Virus record (IMG/VR): IMGVR_UViG_3300010885_076238
Coordinates: 124,001-188,000 of that record
Reading direction: 5' to 3' (one strand)
Length of the DNA: 64,000 nt
Shown: positions 40,837 through 48,893 of the stretch, in pieces
How positions within the stretch are numbered: the first letter of the stretch is position 1
How the letters are laid out: every line of letters begins with the position of its first letter
Position numbers and translations under genes: made by a program
Notes under the pieces: generated by a model
The model's input: the letters and a program-made list of their open reading frames with translations, nothing else
The model's database searches: none
What the model was told of the DNA's origin: nothing

Positions 40837-41169
40837 ATGGCCGCGATTGAGACGGCCAGCCAATCGGGAGGATGGGACATGGCGACTTGGATCAACGGCG
40901 ACCCGGTGAATGTTGTTGCAGGCATGATCAGGAGCCGCTGGTTGCTTCTGCCCGCAACTTGGTTTGAATCAGGCATGGGCGTCAAAGTGGACGACGAACG
41001 CAAATTCGTCCATGTGATCGACCGACGCGGAAAGCCCGTGGGCAATCCCATAAAGTTTTGGGATGATGCTCCGGCCGGTGGCGGATCAAAAGAAGATGCC
41101 ATCAACGAGTGCAAAGCATTCGGAGAGACATACGCACAAATTTTCCGCCCCCGAAATCCACAAGGATAG
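40837..41169 (+). CDS. hypothetical protein (start 40837 or 40879)
   Basis: Promoter, hairpin, GGAGG. Confidence 0.65.
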   Translation: MAAIETASQSGGWDMATWINGDPVNVVAGMIRSRWLLLPATWFESGMGVKVDDERKFVHVIDRRGKPVGNPIKFWDDAPAGGGSKEDAINECKAFGETYAQIFRPRNPQG

Positions 41170-41325
41170 TAGGGGTCGCGTTATACAGAAACGGCAGAAA
41201 ATATTTGGCCTGCCACTTAACACCTAACGTTTATTTTTGATGGTGGGCAGCAAAAAATAATTTTCGGTTTGGTGCGTTATCTAGTATGGCCGCAATTGAG
41301 ACGGCCAGCCAATCGGGAGCTTGTC

Positions 41326-41520
41326 ATGATCGCCATCGTCATCGTCACCGCCGCGTACGTCGCTTTCGGCATCGCGGGGTACTCGTACGTCAACCGTTGG
41401 ATTTGCCACGGCCTTGACGACGGCAATGAGTCTGGAACTGGCCTGTCGTGCTTGCACATTCTCAACCCCATCATGGTGGCGGTTGGAGCGAGAATAATGC
41501 TCGACAAGCTGTCCTCCTAG
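41326..41520 (+). CDS. small membrane protein, copy 2
   Basis: Duplicate of 34919..35107. Confidence 0.75.
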   Translation: MIAIVIVTAAYVAFGIAGYSYVNRWICHGLDDGNESGTGLSCLHILNPIMVAVGARIMLDKLSS

Positions 41521-41654
41521 CGGAGGGCAGCCGCCCAACCAAACACCTAATGTTTATAAGTGAGCGAACGCGCGGCTCCCGAATAATTTTCAATTTCATT
41601 CGTTATCCAGTATCGCCGCACTTGTGACGGCAGGCCGACCATAGGAACCAACCC

Positions 41655-41960
41655 ATGACCACCACTCGCGAAACGCTTCTGGCCGAGTTTGCCTCCGTCT
41701 ACAGCCGCACAGGCTGGAGGGTCGCCGCTTCTCTCGACGGCATGACCGTGGATCAGTTGCAGACCACGCTCGACGGTCTGTACGAAGCCATCAGTGAGGA
41801 AAGGGAAAAGATGGACGCTTGGTTCGCAAGACAGAACGAGGATGCTGAAATGTCTGCCCGTGAGTGGGAGCAGTTGCAGGCAAAAGCCGATGCTGAGGCT
41901 GCTGCCGAAGCTGAGTGGTCGAAGTGGCAACACCACTACGACAGGCTGGTAGGGGTGTGA
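41655..41960 (+). CDS. hypothetical helical protein
   Basis: Promoter, hairpin, RBS. Confidence 0.7.
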   Translation: MTTTRETLLAEFASVYSRTGWRVAASLDGMTVDQLQTTLDGLYEAISEEREKMDAWFARQNEDAEMSAREWEQLQAKADAEAAAEAEWSKWQHHYDRLVGV

Positions 41961-42089
41961 CCCGCCTCATATCGAAACACCTAATGTTTATAATGGGCCT
42001 GAGTTAGCCGAAAATAATCCGCCCACCCAACCGTTATCAGTGTAGCGACCGCATATGTGACGGTCTCGCCTACCCTTGGAGTTCCTGCC

Positions 42090-42518
42090 ATGTACACCAC
42101 TCCCTCCTTCGTGAAGAACGTTCTCCCCGCTGGCAAGATCCCCGGCATGGAAGCCCACTACAGCGATCTGTCCGACTTGAGCATCACCATCCCCTTCGCA
42201 CTCATGGGATGGGACGATGGCCTCGACTGTGGCTACCAAGACTCCCCGCCCACTGATTACGTTGTAGGGGCTTTCGAGAATCGTGATGAGGCTGAGGATC
42301 AGCTTGCTTCCTGTGTGCAAAACAACCCAGCCGGTATCTATTGGATCGTGGAGAGCTATCAGGAGCCGCTGTACAGCTTCAATAGCGTCAGCTGGGACGG
42401 AATCAATAGGGATGCCTATCTGTCCATGTCGCTCACCCGCGAGGATGTCATACGCCTTGAGAGCAGGCTGGTAAGGGAGAAGACCCAGAGCGACCATACA
42501 GTTGTGCGACTGGCCTAA
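42090..42518 (+). CDS. hypothetical protein
   Basis: Last promoter-plus-hairpin module; GGAG RBS. Confidence 0.7.
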   Translation: MYTTPSFVKNVLPAGKIPGMEAHYSDLSDLSITIPFALMGWDDGLDCGYQDSPPTDYVVGAFENRDEAEDQLASCVQNNPAGIYWIVESYQEPLYSFNSVSWDGINRDAYLSMSLTREDVIRLESRLVREKTQSDHTVVRLA

Positions 42519-42625
42519 TGCACAGCACGACTGCACAGAACCAAGGCATCCTGCTGCCAGAACGGCAAGCAGGGCCGCAATCAAACACCTACGGTCTATT
42601 ATATAATCGAACACCCAATGTTTAT

Positions 42626-42911
42626 TAAAAAACCAAGATCAAACCTTAAAAATATTTTACAAAAATTTTAATTAAGAAATTATATTTAAAAAACCTACAG
42701 GTTGGGTCCCTACCCAGGGGGGTTCCACAGCTAACGCACCCCTTTTTATAAAAAAGATTTTACAAAATTAATAATTCATAAACTTTCCATCAAAACTATT
42801 AGACTTGGTTCCCCCAAAACATGTTGCAAAAATTTTAATTAATTAAATATTTTGTAAACCTTATAGAGTTGGTTCCATGAATCATTGTGAAGAAAATGTA
42901 TATATAATATT
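42626..42911. other. AT-rich non-coding boundary with short repeats
   Basis: TTGG(G/T)TCC-type x4, ATTTTACAAAA x2 plus an inverted variant. Confidence 0.6.
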
Positions 42912-43337
42912 ATGGATTTCAAATCATTTGATAAGAAAATAGTTGCAGCAGCTTCTGTAATTTATAATTCTGACAACAAGCTTCTTTTATTAAGAAGAGG
43001 ACCAACAGCTCCTTGGATGCCGGGCAAATGGAATCTTCCTGGTGGCAATATTGATGAAAATGAAAGTGGTTTGCAAGCGGCGAAAAGAGAAGCAAAAGAA
43101 GAAATCAATATTATTATAAATAATGCTCGTAGTTTAGGAATTGTTACTGAACAAGATTGGGGCGTTGCTTTCTTTTGTTGTTTAGATAATGAATGGTCGG
43201 GAAATCCCACATTATCTGTTACTAATGGAATATTAGAAAATGATGATTTAGTATGGGAACTTCCAGAAAGTGCTCTTAAATATTCACTAGTTCCTACGGT
43301 AGATACAGCTATAATCCGATCAATGAGATATTTATGA
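42912..43337 (+). CDS. Nudix hydrolase
   Basis: GGNIDENESGLQAAKREAKEEINI Nudix box. Confidence 0.92.
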   Translation: MDFKSFDKKIVAAASVIYNSDNKLLLLRRGPTAPWMPGKWNLPGGNIDENESGLQAAKREAKEEINIIINNARSLGIVTEQDWGVAFFCCLDNEWSGNPTLSVTNGILENDDLVWELPESALKYSLVPTVDTAIIRSMRYL

Positions 43338-44056
43338 TTAACGAAAGCCCAGATGCTATAAAACATAGAGAAGATATCGATAGTCCTTCTTATGGAGATC
43401 AAGACAGCGTAACTTTTTCTTTATTTGATAACTTTACTGTCTACAGCCTAAGATACAACACAAGTCATGGAGACTTATACAAATTTGTAAGAATATACAG
43501 TAAGCCTTCAGACATAGAATTATTTAAGTGGAGTGAGAACAGAGGCAAATATAGTTGGTATCTTGATCCAGAACAATTCAAGAAAAATTATGAAATATAT
43601 CATAAAGGTGAACTAACAGATAACGAAAAGAACAAAATTATAAATTTTGATATTTTTGAATTAGATAGAAGTCCAATACTAAAAGAATTTCCTAGTGTTA
43701 TTCAGGGAAGAGCATGGACCGAGAGTAAAATGATTAGCTTCTGGAATGATTTGGTTTATATAGCTTCTAGAAAAGATGATATAATAAAATTTATTAATTT
43801 AATAGGAGGTAATCCACATGCCTACCAATATGAAATCAAGGATAATTTATATAATTATGATGATTTTGTGTCGGGCAAATATAATGATAATTTAAAATTT
43901 GACCGCACAGTACTTCATACTTTACCCCCAGATAAAAAGGGAGAAGCTTTAAAGAAAATGGGAGCTGCTCCTAAACAGCCAGTTCCTTTGCAGTTCAAAC
44001 AAATGTTGCAAGGTGAGAGTTTTAGAAGTTGGCTGTATAAGCATGAGCAAAAATGA
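43334..44056 (+). CDS. hypothetical protein, tandem paralog A
   Basis: C-terminal half shared with the next gene. Confidence 0.8.
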   Translation: MINESPDAIKHREDIDSPSYGDQDSVTFSLFDNFTVYSLRYNTSHGDLYKFVRIYSKPSDIELFKWSENRGKYSWYLDPEQFKKNYEIYHKGELTDNEKNKIINFDIFELDRSPILKEFPSVIQGRAWTESKMISFWNDLVYIASRKDDIIKFINLIGGNPHAYQYEIKDNLYNYDDFVSGKYNDNLKFDRTVLHTLPPDKKGEALKKMGAAPKQPVPLQFKQMLQGESFRSWLYKHEQK

Positions 44057-44721
44057 TTATAAATGAAAATCCAAATAATATAAAAACAGTTGCGAATACT
44101 CATTATGGAGCCTCTGGTGCTACTGCTTTTGTTTTATTTAATAAATTTTATGTGCATAGTGATTGGGCTTGGGCATCTCATGATACTTTATTAAGATATA
44201 TTGCTTTATACATTCAACATGAAAAAAAAGAACTAGCTAATCAATTTAGAGAAAAAAATAAAATTAAGCATATTGGCGATCTAACAGGTGAAGAAGTAGA
44301 TAAACTAAATAGTGAAAGGGATATTGATCGACATATTATTTTAGAAATTTCACCATATGTTATTCAAGGAAGATTGTGGAGAACCACTAAAATGATTAGC
44401 TTCTGGAATGATTTGGTTTATATAGCTTCTAGAAAAAATGATATAATAAAATTTATTGAATCATTAAATAATGATCCTAAAAAATATCAATATGAAATAA
44501 AAGACAAGTTATATGACTATAATCAATTTTTATCTGGAAAGTACACGGATGATTTAGATTTTGACCCAGAGGTTGTTCACATGCTTCCTCCAGATAAAAA
44601 GGGAGAAGCTTTGAAGAAAATGGGAGTACGTCCTAAAGCTCCAGTTCCTTTACAGTTCAAACAAATGGTTCAGGGTGAGAGTTTTAGAAGTTGGCTACAA
44701 AAAGGAGAAAAAAATGGTTAA
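44053..44721 (+). CDS. hypothetical protein, tandem paralog B
   Basis: KMISFWNDLVYIASRK and GESFRSWL shared. Confidence 0.8.
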   Translation: MIINENPNNIKTVANTHYGASGATAFVLFNKFYVHSDWAWASHDTLLRYIALYIQHEKKELANQFREKNKIKHIGDLTGEEVDKLNSERDIDRHIILEISPYVIQGRLWRTTKMISFWNDLVYIASRKNDIIKFIESLNNDPKKYQYEIKDKLYDYNQFLSGKYTDDLDFDPEVVHMLPPDKKGEALKKMGVRPKAPVPLQFKQMVQGESFRSWLQKGEKNG

Positions 44722-44893
44722 TTTTTATGATTTTGAAATGATTATGGAAGGCAAGGGAGATGATGTTGTTAAATGTTCTTGTAAATGCAAAGCATGTAAA
44801 TATAATTTTTGTAAAAATTGCAGTTGCAAAGATTGTAAATGTGAAGGTTGCAGATGTGAGAGTAATATTGGAAAAAATAAGAAAAATAACTAA
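44714..44893 (+). CDS. metallothionein-like Cys-rich protein
   Basis: 11 Cys in 28 aa; AAGGAG RBS. Confidence 0.6.
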   Translation: MVNFYDFEMIMEGKGDDVVKCSCKCKACKYNFCKNCSCKDCKCEGCRCESNIGKNKKNN

Positions 44894-44901
44894 TTTATAG
44901 C

Positions 44902-45513
44902 ATGACTTATATATTTCAGCATATTCCTAGAACAGGCGGCATAACGTTATTATCTATTGTCAGGGAGGTTTATGATAATAATGATATAATTATAGATATT
45001 GACGGGAATAACTTGTGTTACAAAATGCATGATCTTTTTTATTTACAAAAGTCTCCTAAGGCTATTTTTGGACATTTACCGTTTGGTATTCATAAATTAT
45101 TAGACGGTGAATTTTCTTATATAACGGTAATGAGAGATCCGGTAGAAAGAATTAAGAGTGTTATAAATCATTTGAACGAATCAAATATTTTAAATGTTGA
45201 AGAATATTTAAAAAATTATAGTCAGAATGATATGACAAAAGCATTTGTTTATAAGCCACACACCAAGAATGAAGAAGATCACTTAGAAGAAGCTAAAGAT
45301 AACATTAAAAAATATTATACTATTGGATTTACTTCTAATTTTAAAACATTTGTAAAGTCTTTAGGTAAAAAACTAGGTTGGACTCCTTTTTATTATATTA
45401 ATAAAAATGAAAGTAGACCCTTGGTTGATTTTACAAAAAATGATATTAAAGAAATAAAAGAAAAAAATCAATTAGATATAAAGTTATATGAATGGGCCAA
45501 AAAAGAATTTTAA
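44902..45513 (+). CDS. sulfotransferase family protein
   Basis: HIPRTGG, GH, RDPVERIKS, NQLDIKLY. Confidence 0.88.
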   Translation: MTYIFQHIPRTGGITLLSIVREVYDNNDIIIDIDGNNLCYKMHDLFYLQKSPKAIFGHLPFGIHKLLDGEFSYITVMRDPVERIKSVINHLNESNILNVEEYLKNYSQNDMTKAFVYKPHTKNEEDHLEEAKDNIKKYYTIGFTSNFKTFVKSLGKKLGWTPFYYINKNESRPLVDFTKNDIKEIKEKNQLDIKLYEWAKKEF

Positions 45514-45774
45514 TTTGATATATAATTTTGGAAAAAAAAGGTAAAGATTTTGGTCGCATCACGCCAGAGGTAATTTTATGTCGTCTCAAATATTAGAAGT
45601 TTGCGTTCTTGTGATAAGTATTAGTTTCACATCTGTTGTGGCTATGGGAAGCTTATGCATGGTTTATGGTTTACTTATGGTGTTATTTGGGAAAGATGTT
45701 GATTAAATTGTGGTTTCCGCCTACTAAAAATATTTATTTGAAAAAGACTAGATAAAGAACACTGAGGAGAAAAA

Positions 45775-46323
45775 ATGAAAAATTTTCACGAATGGTTAGA
45801 AGAAAAACACCCTGAATCCCTAGAAGAGGGAATGTTTGGGGACTATATGAAAAAGGTTGCACTCCCAGTAACAGCTGCGATGGGGATGACAGCAGCACTC
45901 AGCGGAAACGTACCGCAAACAAACAACAATAAGCCCGCCGTCGTCAGGGGTGTTGGACACGCTCAAGGAGCTTCAATGAAGCCACAGTCACAGCTACAAG
46001 ATCTATACGGCCCCGAGCGAGATGATAATGGAAGACGATGGACGGATAATGAAGAATTCATGGACTATGCCGTACAGCAAGTTGAAAGACAGCTTGGGGG
46101 ATCGCAGAGCAGCAGAATACCCAAACCAGAAGGATGGGACGATTTGAGCGACGACGCACAGTATCAAATATATAACCATGCCATCTACGCACTCGTTCAG
46201 CAACATGGCGTAAAAGACAAGGACGAACTTCAGAGTATGTTTGACAGGGAGACAGCTCAAGGAAGATATGACGGATCAAATCCTTATAGAATCAATTTCA
46301 ATCCTGCTCAATTCAATCGTTGA
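45775..46323 (+). CDS. putative virion internal protein
   Basis: MKNFHEWLEE N-terminus. Confidence 0.65.
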   Translation: MKNFHEWLEEKHPESLEEGMFGDYMKKVALPVTAAMGMTAALSGNVPQTNNNKPAVVRGVGHAQGASMKPQSQLQDLYGPERDDNGRRWTDNEEFMDYAVQQVERQLGGSQSSRIPKPEGWDDLSDDAQYQIYNHAIYALVQQHGVKDKDELQSMFDRETAQGRYDGSNPYRINFNPAQFNR

Positions 46324-46698
46324 ATGAAAACCTTCTATCAATATATTTCAGAAAATCATTTTGATCAATCATTATACACAATTAATGGTAAAAATTATAA
46401 AGTTTCTGAGCTTGCCGATTGGGCAAAGAAAAATCTACGTCCAGTTGCTTTGAATATCTCAGACATTCAAAGTAAGTATATTGATGCAAAAGGTTTGTTT
46501 ATAGACGTAGAAAAAGGCGAAGATTGGTACGAAAGATCTATGAATGCAAATCTATCGTTTCCGATTTTAGTGTTGGAAAATCCAGATAACAAGTGGGAAA
46601 TTATAGATGGAAACCATAGAGTCTGGAAAGCTTGGAAAACAGGAATGCAAACTATTAATGCATATCTAATTAATCCAAATTCTTTACAGCAAATTTAA
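46324..46698 (+). CDS. ParB/Srx N-terminal-like protein
   Basis: PILV...IIDGNHRV. Confidence 0.8.
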   Translation: MKTFYQYISENHFDQSLYTINGKNYKVSELADWAKKNLRPVALNISDIQSKYIDAKGLFIDVEKGEDWYERSMNANLSFPILVLENPDNKWEIIDGNHRVWKAWKTGMQTINAYLINPNSLQQI

Positions 46699-46791
46699 AT
46701 AAATTCCCATTTGGATAAAAAAATAATAGTTGTCAGTCGATTACGCCAATTAATAATTATTTATAAGTATGCTTAGCTGCAAGGAGGTTAA

Positions 46792-47403
46792 ATGGCATAC
46801 AGTCAACTAGGTCAAGACGAATGGGTGGTTGGATTATACGGTAAAAACCCAGGATTTTTTGTTGACGTTGGTTTTAATGATGGAATAGTATTTTCTAATA
46901 CTTATCTTCTTGAAAAAAAGGGTTGGATTGGCATAGGAATAGATCCATTTCCTTTTAATTATAAAAACAGACCCAGAACAATGATCTATGAAGATCTGGT
47001 TTATGACAAGTCGAACATTACTGTTGATGTTTGTGTTTGTGATGTTTATACTGGCGTTTTTGATGACATTCGCCGCCACAAAGAAAAAACTGTTGGCAAA
47101 CCCATGGTGAGTTTAGTAACAAAGACTTTAGAGTCTGTGCTAGATGTTGCAAATTGTCCTAAGTTTATAGAATATTTATCATTAGACACTGAGGGTTCGG
47201 AGCATAAGATATTATCTTCTTTTGATTTTAATAAATATTGTTTTGGTTGTATAACGGTTGAGCATAATCACGAGAAAGAAAAACGAAAAAATATTAGAAA
47301 TAAACTAGAAGAAAATGGATATGAAATTTACAAGCAAGTAAAATTTGATGACTGGTACATCAAGTCTAGTATGAAAGAATATTTCAGTAAAAACCTACTA
47401 TGA
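46792..47403 (+). CDS. FkbM-family methyltransferase
   Basis: SQLGQD, FVDVGFNDG, SNT, LSLDTEGSE. Confidence 0.92.
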   Translation: MAYSQLGQDEWVVGLYGKNPGFFVDVGFNDGIVFSNTYLLEKKGWIGIGIDPFPFNYKNRPRTMIYEDLVYDKSNITVDVCVCDVYTGVFDDIRRHKEKTVGKPMVSLVTKTLESVLDVANCPKFIEYLSLDTEGSEHKILSSFDFNKYCFGCITVEHNHEKEKRKNIRNKLEENGYEIYKQVKFDDWYIKSSMKEYFSKNLL

Positions 47404-47410
47404 TATTTTC

Positions 47411-48139
47411 ATGAACAAAGTTTATTATCATACGTTTGCTCCTTCTGAGAATTCCGTTAATATTATTATTGATTATTTTAAGAAATGTTTAGTTGACAAT
47501 TTTTTTAATAAAATAGATCAATTTAATGTTATACTCACAGGTGATTTTCAACAAATAGCTTATAATGAGATGAAGAAGTTGTCAGATGATAAAAAAATTA
47601 ATTTTATTATAAAGGAAAAGGCTTCTGAGGGTGAAACTTTGCTGCTTCTTTATGACGAAGCTTCTAATGAGGATAAAATTTTATATTTTCATTCGAAAGG
47701 AGTAACGCAGATGAATAGTTTTTGTTTTAATAATGTAAAAGCTTGGTCGAATAAATTGCTATATTTTTTAGTAGACAAGGCAGAAGACTGTTTAAATTTC
47801 TTAGATAATTATGATTTAGTTGGAGCTAATTATTGGGGAGAACACACAACAGATGATTGTCACAAGAGTTGCAATCAGGATAAAAAGCCTCCTCCTCATT
47901 TTTCTGGTAATTTTTGGTGGACGAGGGGCGATTATATAAAAAAGCTTTCTAGGCCGGAGAACTTACAACGTGATTCTCACATAAATGGAAAAACGGATCA
48001 GGACCCTGAGTTCTGGATTTTTTCTACTAGACCGATTAGAATAGCAGCTATGAGCAATATTAAAATAAATCCTTATATTGATCCTAGTCTTTTTGAATCT
48101 TACAAGGATGAAACTCCCACATTTTCATTAATTAATTAA
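47411..48139 (+). CDS. glycosyltransferase-like phage protein
   Basis: LYFHSKG, HFSGNFWW. Confidence 0.6.
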   Translation: MNKVYYHTFAPSENSVNIIIDYFKKCLVDNFFNKIDQFNVILTGDFQQIAYNEMKKLSDDKKINFIIKEKASEGETLLLLYDEASNEDKILYFHSKGVTQMNSFCFNNVKAWSNKLLYFLVDKAEDCLNFLDNYDLVGANYWGEHTTDDCHKSCNQDKKPPPHFSGNFWWTRGDYIKKLSRPENLQRDSHINGKTDQDPEFWIFSTRPIRIAAMSNIKINPYIDPSLFESYKDETPTFSLIN

Positions 48140-48140
48140 T

Positions 48141-48380
48141 ATGAAACAAATAGAAACAGAGATGAGTCTTGCCAAGAAGTATTTGAATGGGGATTACACA
48201 GACGTGCAATTGAATTACTGGGTAGTTCAGAATAAATTTGACAAACAAAAAATTGAAAATCTTATAGATTGTTTGAGAATGGCAGAGCCTTTTTTGGTCG
48301 CTACTAAATTAATTATAGCTTTTATTTTGATAAATTATTTATTGGGATTTGCTTTATCTGTTATTTATTTTGTCCAATAA
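48141..48380 (+). CDS. small membrane protein
   Basis: C-terminal hydrophobic helix. Confidence 0.6.
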   Translation: MKQIETEMSLAKKYLNGDYTDVQLNYWVVQNKFDKQKIENLIDCLRMAEPFLVATKLIIAFILINYLLGFALSVIYFVQ

Positions 48381-48455
48381 TGGAAAAAATTTAATTTTAT
48401 CTTGGTGGCAATTTCATAAATATCTATTAGTACCAACAAGGTACAAGGAGGTATT

Positions 48456-48857
48456 ATGAAAAGGTTACTTGTGGGCTTATTTTTAGTCCTAGGATCAATT
48501 TCAGTTGTTTCTTCTGCTCAGGAGAGAATCATAAAGGTTGTTGATTTGGAAATCACATCTTATGAAGATTCATTAGTTTTGGCTAAGAATCAAGATAAAA
48601 AAGTTCTAGTTTTCTTTTCGGCAGATTATTGTGGATGGTGCAAAAAGCAAAAGGATGTTTTTTTAGAATCTGCTGTTGTGGATAAGATTAATGACTATGT
48701 TATTTGCTACGTTGACATGAGTAAAAAAGATTTGGTGTCAAAGTATAATGTTAGAACTATTCCAGCATATTTTGTTATTGATAAAAATGAAAAAATAATT
48801 AAGAAAAATATTGGCTATAAAGAAAAGAATGATTTTATTAGATGGCTAGACAACTAA
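48456..48857 (+). CDS. secreted thioredoxin-fold protein
   Basis: Signal peptide, FSADYCGWC, cis-Pro TIP. Confidence 0.88.
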   Translation: MKRLLVGLFLVLGSISVVSSAQERIIKVVDLEITSYEDSLVLAKNQDKKVLVFFSADYCGWCKKQKDVFLESAVVDKINDYVICYVDMSKKDLVSKYNVRTIPAYFVIDKNEKIIKKNIGYKEKNDFIRWLDN

Positions 48858-48893
48858 TATTTTTTATACTATAATCTATTGAAAGGATTATTC

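Larger units (their letters stand above)
851..42037 (+). promoter_or_regulatory. dispersed phage early promoter family AAAATAAWWW-N~10-(T/C/G)CGTTAT, about 60 copies
   Basis: CGTTAT at e.g. 872, 2044, 3396, 3788, 4996, 5455, 5977, 7078, 13023, 17586, 23343, 28227, 33364, 41601, 42032; plus strand, directly before genes or RNAs; not seen in this context after 42.1 kb. Confidence 0.85.
24579..42065 (+). promoter_or_regulatory. 5'-terminal hairpin family GGC(C/A)G-CRNNNGWGA-C(G/T)GCC, 13 copies
   Basis: At 24579, 24897, 32680, 33376, 33815, 34877, 35197, 36768, 39711, 40838, 41287, 41615, 42047; compensatory stem changes. Confidence 0.85.
636..42625 (+). repeat. dispersed oriented 16-bp element AACACCTRATGTTTAT, about 27 copies
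   Basis: Starts at 636, 5409, 12968, 17915, 19944, 22738, 24489, 26067, 26329, 28511, 29920, 31547, 32535, 33664, 35129, 35861, 36425, 37089, 38142, 39641, 40003, 40739, 41219, 41542, 41976, 42584, 42610. Confidence 0.95.

Noticed and set aside
24578-41307. MAAIETA as a conserved leader peptide
   Set aside because: It is in frame with the gene in some copies, stop-coupled in others, out of frame at 34876 and 41286, and has no ATG at 39711, 41615 or 42047; the hairpin is what is conserved.
636-42625. 16-bp repeats as a CRISPR array
   Set aside because: Too short, spacing is irregular (mostly 0.3-7 kb) with whole genes in between, and no cas genes are present.
24489-42625. Cassette boundaries as integron attC sites or parS
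   Set aside because: No RYYYAAC...GTTRRRY long hairpin common to the sites, cassettes carry their own promoters, no IntI; arm order is opposite to parS (TGTTTCACGTGAAACA).
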